A DNA stretch of 61,253 bases from Octopus sinensis. Taxonomy: Eukaryota. The stretch lies in assembly GCF_006345805.1 (NCBI RefSeq), contig NW_021832555.1, positions 1 through 61,253 of the forward strand, read 5' to 3'. Numbering within the stretch: the stretch's first letter is position 1; every line of letters begins with the position of its first letter. Below the pieces are notes generated by a model, which was not told where the DNA came from, searched no databases, and saw only the letters and a list, made by a program, of their open reading frames with translations. The position numbers and the translations under genes were made by a program. Below, piece after piece: positions 38,291 to 50,723 of this stretch.

Positions 38291-39219
38291 ATAACAACAA
38301 CAGTAACAATTCCTAATAAATGTTAGTATTGGTTACCTTTTATACTATTTTGCATCATAATATACTCAATAAAGACATTAAAGAAATCCAATCCTTGATC
38401 ACATATTTTATATTCATCCCTCATTTACCATCCTTATTATCATTCTTCCTACATCCTCATCATAGTTATCTCCCTCTCCACTCTCTATTTTCTTTCTTGT
38501 TCTTTGTTTTTACTATCAACAATAATTTAGAGTGAAGCAAACAAACAAATAAAAGCTGCCTGAGAGTTTGAAAGGATTTATGTGAAAGTACCCAATGGCT
38601 GATACATGCTGCAGTTTATTTGTGAGAGTTTCGTATCGTATAACCATAACACACATCAACATCTCCTCTGCGCAAAGTGAGTCTGCTAGCTAATGAGCCG
38701 TCAGGTGTGTGTGTGTGTGTGTGTGTGGTGTATGTGTGTGTATGTGTGTGTGTGCGTGTGTGTGTGTGCATACCTGCATTGTTTGTACACCCGCTTGCGG
38801 AGTGTATTATTGTATAATGTCTATACCGGTTGTTCTTAGTCTCGAGGTAATTTCTTCCTGAATTGTGGGTGAGGAACTTCAGGTAAAATTTGGAGATTCC
38901 AGTGACGAATTTGCTTATAGTTTTTGAGAAAATTCTTTATCATTATTCAGTTTTCGCTAGATTCATTTCATCTTAATTTTGATTTTAAGGAGCTTAATGT
39001 TAAAAATTAGTATAAAGACGCAAAGATTATCCAATAGCGCTGCATACTAGATTATATATTGCTATATATGACAGTAGCCTGATACCGAAATAAAGTCTGG
39101 GAGAAATGTTGCAGTAGATCTTACACATAGGATCCAGCCTACTAAATTTTCTTTCCATATCCCAAAACTTGCCTATCTCACAACAAGGCAAACAATAATG
39201 CGAGCCATTGCACATTGCT

Positions 39220-39414
39220 TGGTGGCAAGTTGGCAGAATCGCTCCACACCGAACGAAAAACTTAGTGGTATTTCTTCCAGTTTTACATTCACCATTTAAA
39301 TTCTGCCAAAGTCGACTGTTACCCCTTTGGTGTCGATAAAATAAGCACTAGTTGAGCACTGGAGCCGATGGAATCGGCAAACTTTCGTCTTCTAAAATTA
39401 CTAACATTTGAAAT
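39220..39414 (+). mobile_element. Diverged SINE A1
   Basis: GGTGGCAAGTTGGCAGAATCG..AAAGTCGACT..GTCGATAAAATAAGCACTAGTTGAGCACTGG. Confidence 0.7.
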
Positions 39415-39423
39415 ATATATATA

Positions 39424-39670
39424 TGTAAAAGGAATATGTGACAATTATTTGGTAGCCAAGATAAAACTCTGAGTTTCGGATGCCGAGGTGGAAATCCACA
39501 CCACCTTCTCTTCAGTAATCCGACCATCGGAAAAACGGTATGATTTTTTTTCATAGCATTTTTCCGATGGCCGGATAACTGAAGAGATGGTGGAGTGGAT
39601 TTCCACCTGGGTATCCGAAACTCAGAGTTTCATCTTGGCTACCGAATAATTGTCACATATTACTTTTACA
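39424..39670. mobile_element. 247-bp fold-back element (120-bp inverted arms, 7-nt T loop), probably inverted Penelope-like termini, embedded in (TA)n
   Basis: Arm 39424-39543 against the reverse complement of 39551-39670 shows 11 mismatches in 120 bp, counted by hand. Termini are TGTAAAAG...CTTTTACA. The fold-back itself is certain; the Penelope assignment is inference. Confidence 0.85.
39573..39635 (+). ncRNA. Type-I hammerhead-ribozyme-like motif (mirror copy on the minus strand at 39459-39521)
   Basis: GGATAA-CTGAAGA-(31 nt closed by G-C)-GAAA-CTC.A.GAG-TT-TCATCT. Core boxes, self-complementary stem III, GUU triplet and stem I are in the correct order; stem II is atypical. Confidence 0.5.
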
Positions 39671-39671
39671 G

Positions 39672-39727
<56 letters not shown>

Positions 39728-41776
39728 CACACACACTCGGTCTATGCCTCCAGACAAATACACTATATGCAAAAACTAGATTGTATTAACAAAATAAACT
39801 TGCACAGGTAAGTAATAATCAAAGATCCTTTAATGAAAGAATTATATTATCTCCACTTTTTGATTCTATAATCCGGTCCAAATACATCTTTAACTGCTAC
39901 TCCTTGTCACCCTTAACATGTTTTCAACCCATCTACTTCACTACTAACCGTTCTATGGAATTCCTCCTCTTTACTGATGTCTTCTCTGCAGTAGATGGAC
40001 CAGTCCTTTACCTGTATCTTCAGAGTCAGTCCATCAGTACCAGTTATATACTACTGTATATTCATTTGATTGTGGTTTCCCGCATTACAAACTGTTCTCG
40101 TGTACGTATTATGTATAATGCACTGAAATCATGGTAATTAAATGGCTGTTTGTGAGTCGGCGTGCGTATGTACGTACGTATGTATGTATGTATGTATATA
40201 TATATGTATGTATGTATGTATGTATATGTTCATTTGTGATTTGAACCCTGTTTGTACGTATAACGTGTTAATGTGTGTCTGTGCACGTTTCGTTTACTTG
40301 TTTTGTTCTTTTCTTTTCTTTGCGTGTACATATATTTGTGTATATGTAAAGGTGAACATCAGTGCTTGCGATCAATGCGCGTGCGCGTGCATGTGTGTGT
40401 GCGAGTATGCGCGTGCATGTGTCTGTTCGTGTAAAGAAATTTAGCGAATATCTTCATTAGCAAGTGAAAGAGCTTAAACGGAGCTAAACAAAGCACACTG
40501 TGTGAACGCAACACGAAGCATTGTTTGTTTCATCAACATCATCATCATGATCATCAATCATTAACCATCATCACTCTATTATACCCCCCCACCCCACCAC
40601 CACCACCAATCACCATAACTGTTTTTCTCACTCTCACACCATCTTATTTATCATTCCACAAGCCAAACATAGCACGCTGTTTCGACGCAACACGAACTAT
40701 TGTTTGTATCATTAACACTATCATCATCATCCTCATCATCTTCATTCTAGTTACCATCAGCATGTAATTCCTCCTCCTCTTCATAATCATCATCATCACC
40801 ATCATCATCGTCGTCATCATTCTCAACACGATTGGTGGAACGTGTCAAACACCAAACAACTGTTTTGATTCCCCTCTCATAAAGAATACAGAAACACAAA
40901 TTCTTTATATTATTTCTTTTTAAATTCTCCTTCTCCCTCTCCTTCTCCTCCTCCTCCTTCGCCGCCGCACTCACTCTCCATTCCATTCTGCTTCAAAAGA
41001 CGTTTCAAACAAAGCGAGAAATAACGGCATAATAAAGACAGCAAAGCGACAACTTCCATCAATGTTCGTATGTAGACTTTTATATACACATCTATATACG
41101 TACATCACACACACACATATGTACACACGTACACACGTGTGTGTGTGTGTGTGGTGTGTGTGTGTTATATAAAGAGAAAGGGAGGTTAGAATGAGAGGGA
41201 GAGGTATGTGCGAAATATCATTTTGACTGTGTAGACGTCACAACATTACATTGGTCAAAAGAAATCTTGCTTTTTTCTTTCTTAAACCAAACTATTCATA
41301 AAAGTGAGGATCAACACTAATGAGAGAGAGAGAGAGGGAGAGGAGAGTGGGGGAAAAAGAGAAACGCGCGAATTGATATACGTATAAATGCTGTATATGT
41401 TTCACTTTGTAGACAGAGGGCTGGAGGGGGTGGAGGAACGGGGGAAAACTTAATGTTATCGCTTTACTAACAACTGTGATCACTTTTTACTATAAGACAC
41501 AAAGCAGTAGACTTCTATAGCTCTCTTAGTGCGCACGCCGACATAAACACACACAAAAACAATAAACTTAATATTAAGTACTCAAACATACAACAATACC
41601 CATTCTTTCTATTGTTAATTGTGCAGATTCTTTTCAAAAATGAACACAATATATTAATAAGGCTTTCATTTCTTTATGAATTAGCAAGGACACAGAAAAC
41701 GCATAGTTATGTATATATATAAAGAAAATGACTCCCACCCCCAGACACAGCAGTATATATATATATATATATACAT

Positions 41777-41978
41777 AGGGAGAGTTTACGAAAAAAACAA
41801 AAGACGAAGACAGGTGGTGTACAAAACAAACAGATGAATTAGTATAACGCTCAGGAATAGAAAAAGTATTTTACGTTTCGAGCCTACGCTCTTCTACAGA
41901 AAAGGACACAGAAAAAAACAGGGAGAAAAACATGGCGAGAAAAAAATGTTTGTAGCGGCTAACGATCTATCATGGCAG
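41777..41978 (-). mobile_element. Penelope-like element terminal (pseudo-LTR) fragment
   Basis: Starts at a (TA)n tract and contains ACGTTTCGAGCCTACGCTCTTCTACAG, whose reverse complement is a minimal hammerhead-type motif typical of PLE termini. Confidence 0.6.
41866..41907 (-). ncRNA. Minimal type-I hammerhead-like motif with variant core
   Basis: GTCCTTTT-CTGTAGA-A-GAGC.GTAG.GCTC-GAAA-C-GTA-AAATAC. Perfect 4-bp stem II and palindromic ACGT in place of stem III; core box is CUGUAGA instead of CUGANGA. Confidence 0.45.
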
Positions 41979-42043
41979 CATATATATATATATATTATTA
42001 CCCACAAGGGGCTAAACATATATATATAATATATATATATATA

Positions 42044-42267
42044 ATTACCCACAAGGGGCTAAACACAGAGAGGACAAACAAGGACAGACAAACGGATTGA
42101 GTCGATTATATCGACCCTAGTGCGTAACTGGTACTTATTTAATCGACCCCGAAAGGATGAAAGGCAAAGTCGACCTCGGCGGAGTTTGAACTCAGAACGT
42201 AACGGCAGACGAAATACGGCTACGCATTTCGCCCGGCGTGCTAACGTTTCTGCCAGCTCACCACCTT
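42044..42267 (-). mobile_element. Full, young SINE A2
   Basis: Near-consensus head, core and A2 tail. Confidence 0.92.
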
Positions 42268-42282
42268 AGTTTATGCTATAAT

Positions 42283-42381
42283 AAGTAGCTCAGCGGAATT
42301 TGAACTCAGAACGTAGCGGCAGACGAAATACTGCTAAGCATTTCGCCCGGCGTACTAATGTTTCTGCCAGCTCGCCGCCTT
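42283..42381 (-). mobile_element. Head-only SINE A (tRNA-like part) between 15-bp direct repeats
   Basis: Direct repeat agtttatgctataat at 42268-42282 and 42382-42396. Confidence 0.8.
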
Positions 42382-42909
42382 AGTTTATGCTATAATATAT
42401 TGCAATAAAAATGGCGGTATTTTCATTTTCATTGACGCTTTGGTAGCGTAACACGATCTTCGTTGGGCTGCTAATCATATAACGCAAGTTTAAATCCCAA
42501 CATAATCTCATAGTATCTTCCCATTTTGAAATAGGAAATACTTTCCACTGTACTTCCATCAAGAACTGCCCGATATCCAGATATGTTTATATGACAGTGC
42601 CGTGTGCTTACAATTTAAGCGCAATGTCACGACAACGACACACGAACACACGAATTACTATTACTATTTAAAGAAAACAGTTTCAGTACTAACACCAGCC
42701 TAAGTTCATTCACCCAAATCTTAAGTACTTCTAGAGCCATCCAAGATCTGCAGTAAGGGCTCGACTAAGATTCGCAAAAGTCGACTTCAGACTCTCCCTT
42801 CTCACTTGATTCGATTTTTCATTTATTTAAATTTACCAATGTTTCTGGTTTATCTCCTCTGCCTCTTTCTAATCAGAATTAGTAATTTAGATAATAACTG
42901 AATCAATAA

Positions 42910-43068
42910 ATCACGTGGTTTCGGGTTCAGTCCCACTGCGTGACACCTTGGGTAAGTGTCTTCTACTATAGCCTCGGATCGACCAATGCCTTGTGAGTGG
43001 ATTTGGTAGATGGAAACTGAAAGAAGCACGTAATGTGTGCGTGTGTACACATATATATATATGTATAT

Positions 43069-43103
<35 letters not shown>

Positions 43104-43322
43104 GAGTATGTGTGTGTATCTGTGTTTTCCCCTCGTCATTGATTGGCAACCGATGCTGGTGTGTTTATATCACCATAACCCAGCGGCTCGCAAAAGAGAT
43201 CGATAGAGAAAGTACTAGGCTTACAAAGAATAACTCTTTGGGGTCGATTTATTCGACTAAAACCCTTTAAGGCGGTGTTCCAGCATGGACACTTAAATGA
43301 CTAAGACAATAAAAGAGTAAAA

Positions 43323-43325
<3 letters not shown>
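42910..43325 (+). mobile_element. SINE B1, slightly 5'-truncated
   Basis: Colinear with 16801-17227, including the internal microsatellite and the AAAAGAGTAAAAGA end. Confidence 0.9.
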
Positions 43326-43374
<49 letters not shown>

Positions 43375-45183
43375 TGCTTATATGTATGTATGTATGTATG
43401 TAATGGGAACAGACACACATACACGTGTATGTGTGTGTATGTATGTGTGTGCGTGTGTATGTGCATATGCACACAAAATGTATGTAATTATTTAAACCGG
43501 TGAACATGTAGGATAACATAAATTTCCATATGTCATAATTTACTCTGCTACTAAGACCATACCATCAACCACCACCACCACCACCACTCATAATGATAAT
43601 AAAAATCATAACAACAACAACTACAACACGCTTCCTATATATTTTAAGGGGATGTAATACCACGGTATTTTATATTTTATTCTTGGTTTATTTATTTGTT
43701 GTTTTGTTTTTCTGAAATATCTCTGAGAATAGAAAGCGTTATTTAGACCAATATTTCTCTTGCTTTAAATGCTATTAGTCATAAAACGATTTTGAGTATC
43801 ATAATGGCTTTAGCAGAAACAGATGATGAAGTAGGAGGAGAAGAAAGAAGAGGATGAGTTGGGAAAAGGGGGAGTGGAGAGAGAGAGAGAGGGGGAGAGG
43901 AAATATGAAAGGGTAAGAGAAAAGAAGTACGACAAAGAAGACAGAAAAAGAAAAGTATATTCCAACGATAGAAAAAAAAGAAAAGAAAAGATGAGGTGGA
44001 AAGGACCAAAAAAAAATAGAAGCTAAATGTTAGAGGAAGGAAGGAAGGATGAAGAAGAAGAAGAAGAAGAAGAAGAAGAAGAAGAAGAAGAAGAAGAGAA
44101 GAAGAAGAAGAAGAAGAAGAAGAAGAAAATGAAGACGAAGAAAGAAAGAGAAGAAAGTAAGACAAAAAATGAAAGAGAATAATGAATAAGCGTTAAGTAG
44201 AAAGAAGAAATTTACGAATTAGAAAGAAATATGCCAAAAACGATTTTTATGAAAATGAAGAAAAGAGTAAAAAGGAGCTGAAGAAGAAGAAGAGAAATGA
44301 GCAAATAAAAAAAAAGGCAAACAAACAAAAAGGATGAAGAATTAGTAAGGACCACAAAAAAAAAAAAAAGAAAAAATGAAGAAACACTCTCAAATGGTGA
44401 TTAGTTCGGTTTGGGGAATGAGAAGTGTTGAGGGTAGCAGTGGAGGAGGAGGTGGTGCTGGTGGTGGTGGAGGTTATAAAAGTTTTGAGCAAGAAAAGAG
44501 ACAAAAAGTTCAAGTTTGGTGGCGAGATGCGGCTGTTCGCAAGATGAGTGGGGTTTGGCAGAGTGAAAAACGTTTCTAAAATTTTAAGTAGGGAATCTGT
44601 TTTATTAAGGCATATAAACTCCCCAAACAATGTCATATAATTTATAGTATATGACAGAAGAAGGGACATACCCAAACCGTAAAAATTCCACCCTATTTCT
44701 TTGATTTTTGTCGTTTTTTTTTCTTTATCAGTCACCAACTTAGCTTAATTTACTGTGTGTCGTACACTTTATGTTCTCGTCTTTGGGAGCAAATGCTCAT
44801 ACGCGTGTGTGTGCTTTTTACTATCGGTTGTTGGTTGGGTATCATTCGTTGTTATTGCTGCTATTGTTTAACCCTAGGTCATCTCTGATCAAGCACATTT
44901 AAGCCTTATCCATCCTGTCTTTTTGTATGTAAGGGGCGATATAATGCAAAGTGTTTATATTTTCCCTTTTACAGACTGTATTTAGTTGTTTTTAACTCCA
45001 GATTAACTTTCACTCAGAAGTCTATGATCAAAGTTCTTCCAACCGTGACACTTCCATCTTTTTTCATACACTTCATACTTAGCACTGCAGTGTCTAAAGG
45101 TTTTGATTTTAAAAAATTTATTTTGAAACCGGAAGATTTGGCCTCTGTTTCTAGCAAGCCAAATGGCCCTGTACAAGTCACTT

Positions 45184-45322
45184 GGTCGAGACTGACAGAA
45201 ATCTATCACATGGTCGAGACTGACAGAAATCTATCACACGGTCGAGACTGACAGAAATCTATCACATGGTCGAGACTGACAGAAATCTAACACATGGTCA
45301 AGACTGACGGAAATCTATCACA
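45184..45322. repeat. 5 x 28-bp minisatellite GGTCGAGACTGACAGAAATCTATCACAT
   Basis: Units start at 45184, 45212, 45240, 45268 and 45296. Confidence 0.95.
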
Positions 45323-46104
45323 GTAACGATTGCTGGCCTCAGAGCAAAATGCAGGCATTTATCAAATGTTCTTATAAGCAAAGCCAACCTTGCGGTTTCA
45401 GTCCCTGGCTGAGGATAATTCAGTTTTCCGCTCCCTCCCTGGTATCGGCTGCACAGCCTTTTCCAATTTCTCGCACCCTTCTAAAACGGAAGCCATTTTG
45501 TGCCGTCGTGAAGAAAGCAACACTGTTTTTTTTTTTATCGTTGTTGTAGTTGTAATTTTTATATTTATTTTACACTTTCGTAATTTATAAGGAGTGTAGA
45601 GTTTATTTTGATCTATTTTTAGGTTTGTAGCGGAGAGGAAACTTATTGTAGTGAAGTGAACTATTTTCTCTTGACTTTTGCATTATATGAAAATGGTGAT
45701 GATGATCATGATGATGATGACGACTATGATAATTTTGATGATTGGGGGGAGGAGATTGGGAGGAGGAGGACATCGATGGCGATAGTAATTTACAAAATTG
45801 GCACAAGACCACAGACATTTTTAACATAAGAAGAAGGACACAGCTGTTTATGTATCGATTTCACTTCTTGGAAATTCGTATGATCTACCGAAGAAAAATA
45901 CGAGATAAAATCGTCCCCGGTAGGTGGGATTTAGACTCGTCATGCGTAAAGAGATGTAACTAAACAGTGCAGATATCTTACCACCATCCACCATTTTAGA
46001 ATAGCACTCACTTAACACACAGCAGCAAACAGATAACACATCCATGTTCGTTCAAACCATCACCAGACCATACAATAACCACCAGAGCACCAGTGACAAT
46101 CACG

Positions 46105-46135
<31 letters not shown>

Positions 46136-46367
46136 GCATTACTGAAAACTAGGTCTCTGGATTAGTTACATATTCACCAGAATTATTTTTCATCTTTTCG
46201 TATTCATTTTTCGTTGATTGTGTGACCTTTCTTATATATGACTATCGAAGGCTTTAAAATAAATGTTTCAATAAGAAGTGATGCGATCATCAGGTTAATC
46301 TAACAATGATTAATACTGTGCCTGATACATTTAATATTAGTACCGTTTTGTTTTTACTCTTAGGTCA

Positions 46368-46545
46368 GTCCTGACTTAGCAAGGCTTATAATGAAAAGCA
46401 TTCCAACCGTGGCCATCAAATTAATGTGTCCTTCCCATTTCAAGATGTGAGCATGTAATTTTAGAAAGATTGGCTAAAATACTAAGCTTTGACTGAACAG
46501 GGTCTATGCTCAAACGCATTCCAGCTGTGACTACCCCACCTTTTC
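46368..46545 (+). mobile_element. Two copies of a short, old interspersed repeat (family F)
   Basis: The motif ctatgatcaaaggcattccagcYgtgaccatcc also occurs at about 19660-19705, 20517-20555 and 45022-45060. Confidence 0.55.
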
Positions 46546-48122
46546 TATGCATGTCGCATTTCTACAACAGCTATTACCCAATATGTGTCATTCCTTTGAA
46601 GTAGACAGTGTGTACTTCGGGGAGTATAGGCTACTGTTTTAGCGTTGCGAATGACTCCCTGGAAGACCCTCCTCGAAAAAACTTACCCATGTCATTTCTA
46701 AGCTATGTAGGATAAAGTTAGAGGAGCATTGTTTTAAACAGAACACGTGGAAAAGATTGCAGATGTGAGGTATAAGTTATTTCATCGTATCAGCATTAAC
46801 CATAACTCAAATAACCTTAGCATACAAAATATGAAGCATCGTGAAATTAGAAAAGACTGATGATCGCATCCTATTGCACTGAAACTCCAGCATAGCCTGA
46901 GGAATATTATATATCAAATATTGCAAATATTCATAAAGGAAATACGAATAACAGATAATAAAGTTAGCAAACTGTTGTATTTAAGGTGGAATTACTCCAA
47001 TGAAAAATTCTTCTCACTAGTGTATACACACAGACCACAGATATATGTGTATATACGAAGCATAAAGGAAACGAGAAAAGAATCGGGAGAGCAAACGCAC
47101 AACAACTTCATAATCATGTAAAGCGTGTATATCATTGTTGAATGTAAAAATGATGAAAAGAAAATTTTCCTGGGTAAGAGTTGGATTTGCGGAGATAGGG
47201 ATCTTTCTTGCTCACTGTGTATTATCATAGATGTATAAGGTCGGTGTGTTAAGCCCCTTGTGTGAGTATGCAGGTACATTTATGTATATGTCAGTTTGAC
47301 AGAATAATATAACTAGCAGCAGCAGCAACAGCAGCAGCAGCAACAGCAGCAGCAGCAACATCATCATTAAAAGTTGTAGAGGTGTAGAAATAGGAAACTA
47401 AGAAGAAGACGAAGAAGAAAAAGAAGAAGAAGAAGAAGAAAATGAAGAAGGAAAGGAAGAAGAAGAAAAAGAAAAAAGAAGAAGAAGCAGAAGAAGAAGC
47501 AGAAGAAGAAGGACAAGAAGAAGAAGAAATCAAACTATAAATGAAAATAAAAACGAAAACGAGGAACGCATAGGAAAATCTTGTAGAGTAAAAATATATG
47601 TTACAGAATTAAGGACTTTTGTTGCTTTTTCTTCGCACCAACCTTCTCATTCCCTTCCCTCTCTCCCTCACCCCCTTCTTTCTTTCTCTACTACAAAGAA
47701 CACAATTATATTAAGATCAGATGAGTTCATATGCTGTGTAGAAAAGACAGTACAACTTTACTTCTGATCTAAATCTCTTGAGGGACATATGTCTGAGTTT
47801 CCAAGTTATGGTAGAACCATTTCCACTATCATTGCACTGCTTCACCAACCAAACTCACATCTCCAAACATTTCTGTTACGGTCTTATTATATTCCTCTTA
47901 CCGTGGTTTTTGCTGTTGTTGTTGTTATTATTATTATTATTGTTGTTGTTATTGTTGCTATTATTATTATTGTTGTTGTTGCTGCTATAAGTTTTTATTT
48001 TGTTCGTTGTTTGTTTTATTTCACTTTTTACATTTCTCTTGCATTATATTTCTAAGACGAATGTATGTATGTGTACTAGTGTGGAAAGATTTTTGTGTGT
48101 GTGTATGTGTATATATATATAT

Positions 48123-48204
<82 letters not shown>

Positions 48205-48233
48205 AAGAGAATACTTGTGTATGTATGTATGTG

Positions 48234-48272
<39 letters not shown>

Positions 48273-48890
48273 ACACATACACGCGCACACTCATATACAC
48301 AGATAGACATATACAAACACAAGCACAGACATATTGACGTACAAGAGTCAGGGAAAAGATAACACGCTACATTTAACAGAATCTAGTCACAATTTGTCAA
48401 TGAACTTACTTATACTCCGAAAGAGAGAAAGAAATGAAGACAGACAGAGAGATAGAGAGTGGAGGAGGATAAACAAAGAGTGAGAGTTAAAGAATGAGAG
48501 AGAGGAGGAGGAGGAGAAAAAGATTTCTGAGACTGTGTATATGGCGTGTATGTACAATAATATATGAAAGAGAAAATATAAGCTGTATCTTATTCTCTGA
48601 TTCAGAAGAAAACTTGGAGAATCTTGAAAAGAGAACCAAGAAATAATGAAAATAAAAGTGAATATTTTAAGAAAGAAAATAAGCGAAGGTGTTGAGACAG
48701 TTTGTGAAACATAAAAACAATGACGTTCCACAATCTGTAAGAAATAGTTCTGTTAGTACCAATGATTCTTTGAAATCTATCGCTGCAGGCATCATGTCTA
48801 ATTAACGTGTGCGCGCGCACACACACTAACCGCTTACACATGTATATATATATGTGCGTATCAGCGTGTGTATTCATGTATGTATGTATG

Positions 48891-48941
<51 letters not shown>

Positions 48942-49098
48942 TACACACACACAAATTAAATACTAATGCATACATACGCACATATATATATACATACATA
49001 TATTTACTATACACATATATATACATATTTACATATATACATATATATATTATATTCATACATTTATATATTCATACATATGTATATATATACATACG

Positions 49099-49221
<123 letters not shown>

Positions 49222-49964
49222 AAGAAGGGGATATAGATACATATATGCAAAACGTAATATATAAAGGGGTAACTACAAAGAGACCAAGTGGGTATGTATA
49301 AGGAGCAATCATAGCTATATTCCGAAAAATGGTAAATTTGATGTATGAAAAAGTAAAAGTAAAAGTAAAAAAAAAAAAGAAGTTAAACCAAAAACAAAAA
49401 GACCACGAAATTGTGTGTACGGCAGCAGACTAGCTTTTAAAGACTGGAAGCTATTAAACTGCTGCCTTAGTGAAGAATATTAAAGAACCTGCTAAATCTT
49501 TGCTGGTAGATGGCTTTAAAGAACATCTCTATCTTCATCACATATATGCGTATATACACGTGTGTGTGTGTGTGTTTATGCAACACCGCTTAAGCTAGAC
49601 TAAGGGGCATAAAAGAAAAATGTATATTCTGTTAATATATTCTTCAAAAAACGACGTTCCGTTCCATTTAACTGTACACACACACACACACACACGCACA
49701 CACACAAACATGCACACACACGTACAAATATATACAGGGCCCACGAGCAAGTCTAGTGTGTAACTGTATGCAAGTTTTGTATGTTTATGTGTCTGGTCAT
49801 GTATGTAAGTGTGTGTGTGTGTGTGCTTACTCACACACACACACACACATCTGTATGTAAACACACAAGGAGGATGTTTTTGTGATTTTACGTTCGAAGC
49901 CATTAAAATGTTCAATGTGCACTTGTGGAGTATAAAATGAACAGCGCAGTGACACACGCGCGCG

Positions 49965-49998
<34 letters not shown>

Positions 49999-50723
49999 CA
50001 CACACACCACACACGTATATGTATACTTATATATGTATATATATGTATATATATATATATAAATACATGTGTGTGATATACAAATATATTCACATACATA
50101 TGTGTGTGTGTGTGTGTGTGCATATATGTATAAATATATATATATATATATATGATTACCCACCACATTACATTCGTTTATGTTATTAGCAATAACATCA
50201 ACAACAACAAGAAGGGCAACAACATCGGCGTGAAGAAATAAAATGGCGACGGAAGCCAGTGAATGTATTTGAATGGCAGCCGACTGAATCGCTTGACAAG
50301 ATGGCTTCGACCAGGCTCCGCTCTTTTCGTTCTGTAGAATCAATTACATGCTACAGTTCAAGGTGAGAGCGGCATCCTTTGATGCCGTATCGGGTATCAC
50401 ACCAATGAGACATTGTTCTTAATGGAATAACTAAAACTACTACTACTACTACTGATGAATTTAGTGTGGTGTAGGCAGCGAAAGTAATAACTGTGAGAAC
50501 AGGAATTTCTATAACGACGACGACGATGACAACAACAATATTACCAGAATCGCAGACAAGAAAAGTGCTGTTAACAGAAAACAACCGCAACAGTTGCTGC
50601 TGCTGCTGCTGCTACCTCATCCTTATTCTCTTCATGTTCTGCCCCATCATCATCATCGTCCTCATCATCACTAGCACCACCACCACCAACGTCATCACCA
50701 TCATCACCCGTAAAAGTATAAGA

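Noticed and set aside
31560-39815. Strong plus-strand splice-like signals (acceptors near 31607, 33776 and 34730; CAG|GTAAGT near 39807) suggesting an antisense lncRNA
   Set aside because: No acceptor-donor pair defines a convincing exon. Such motifs are expected by chance in pyrimidine-tract-rich DNA, and RNA data would be needed.
45184-45322. CRISPR-like 28-bp repeats
   Set aside because: The units are contiguous with no spacers, there are no cas genes, and the context is eukaryotic.
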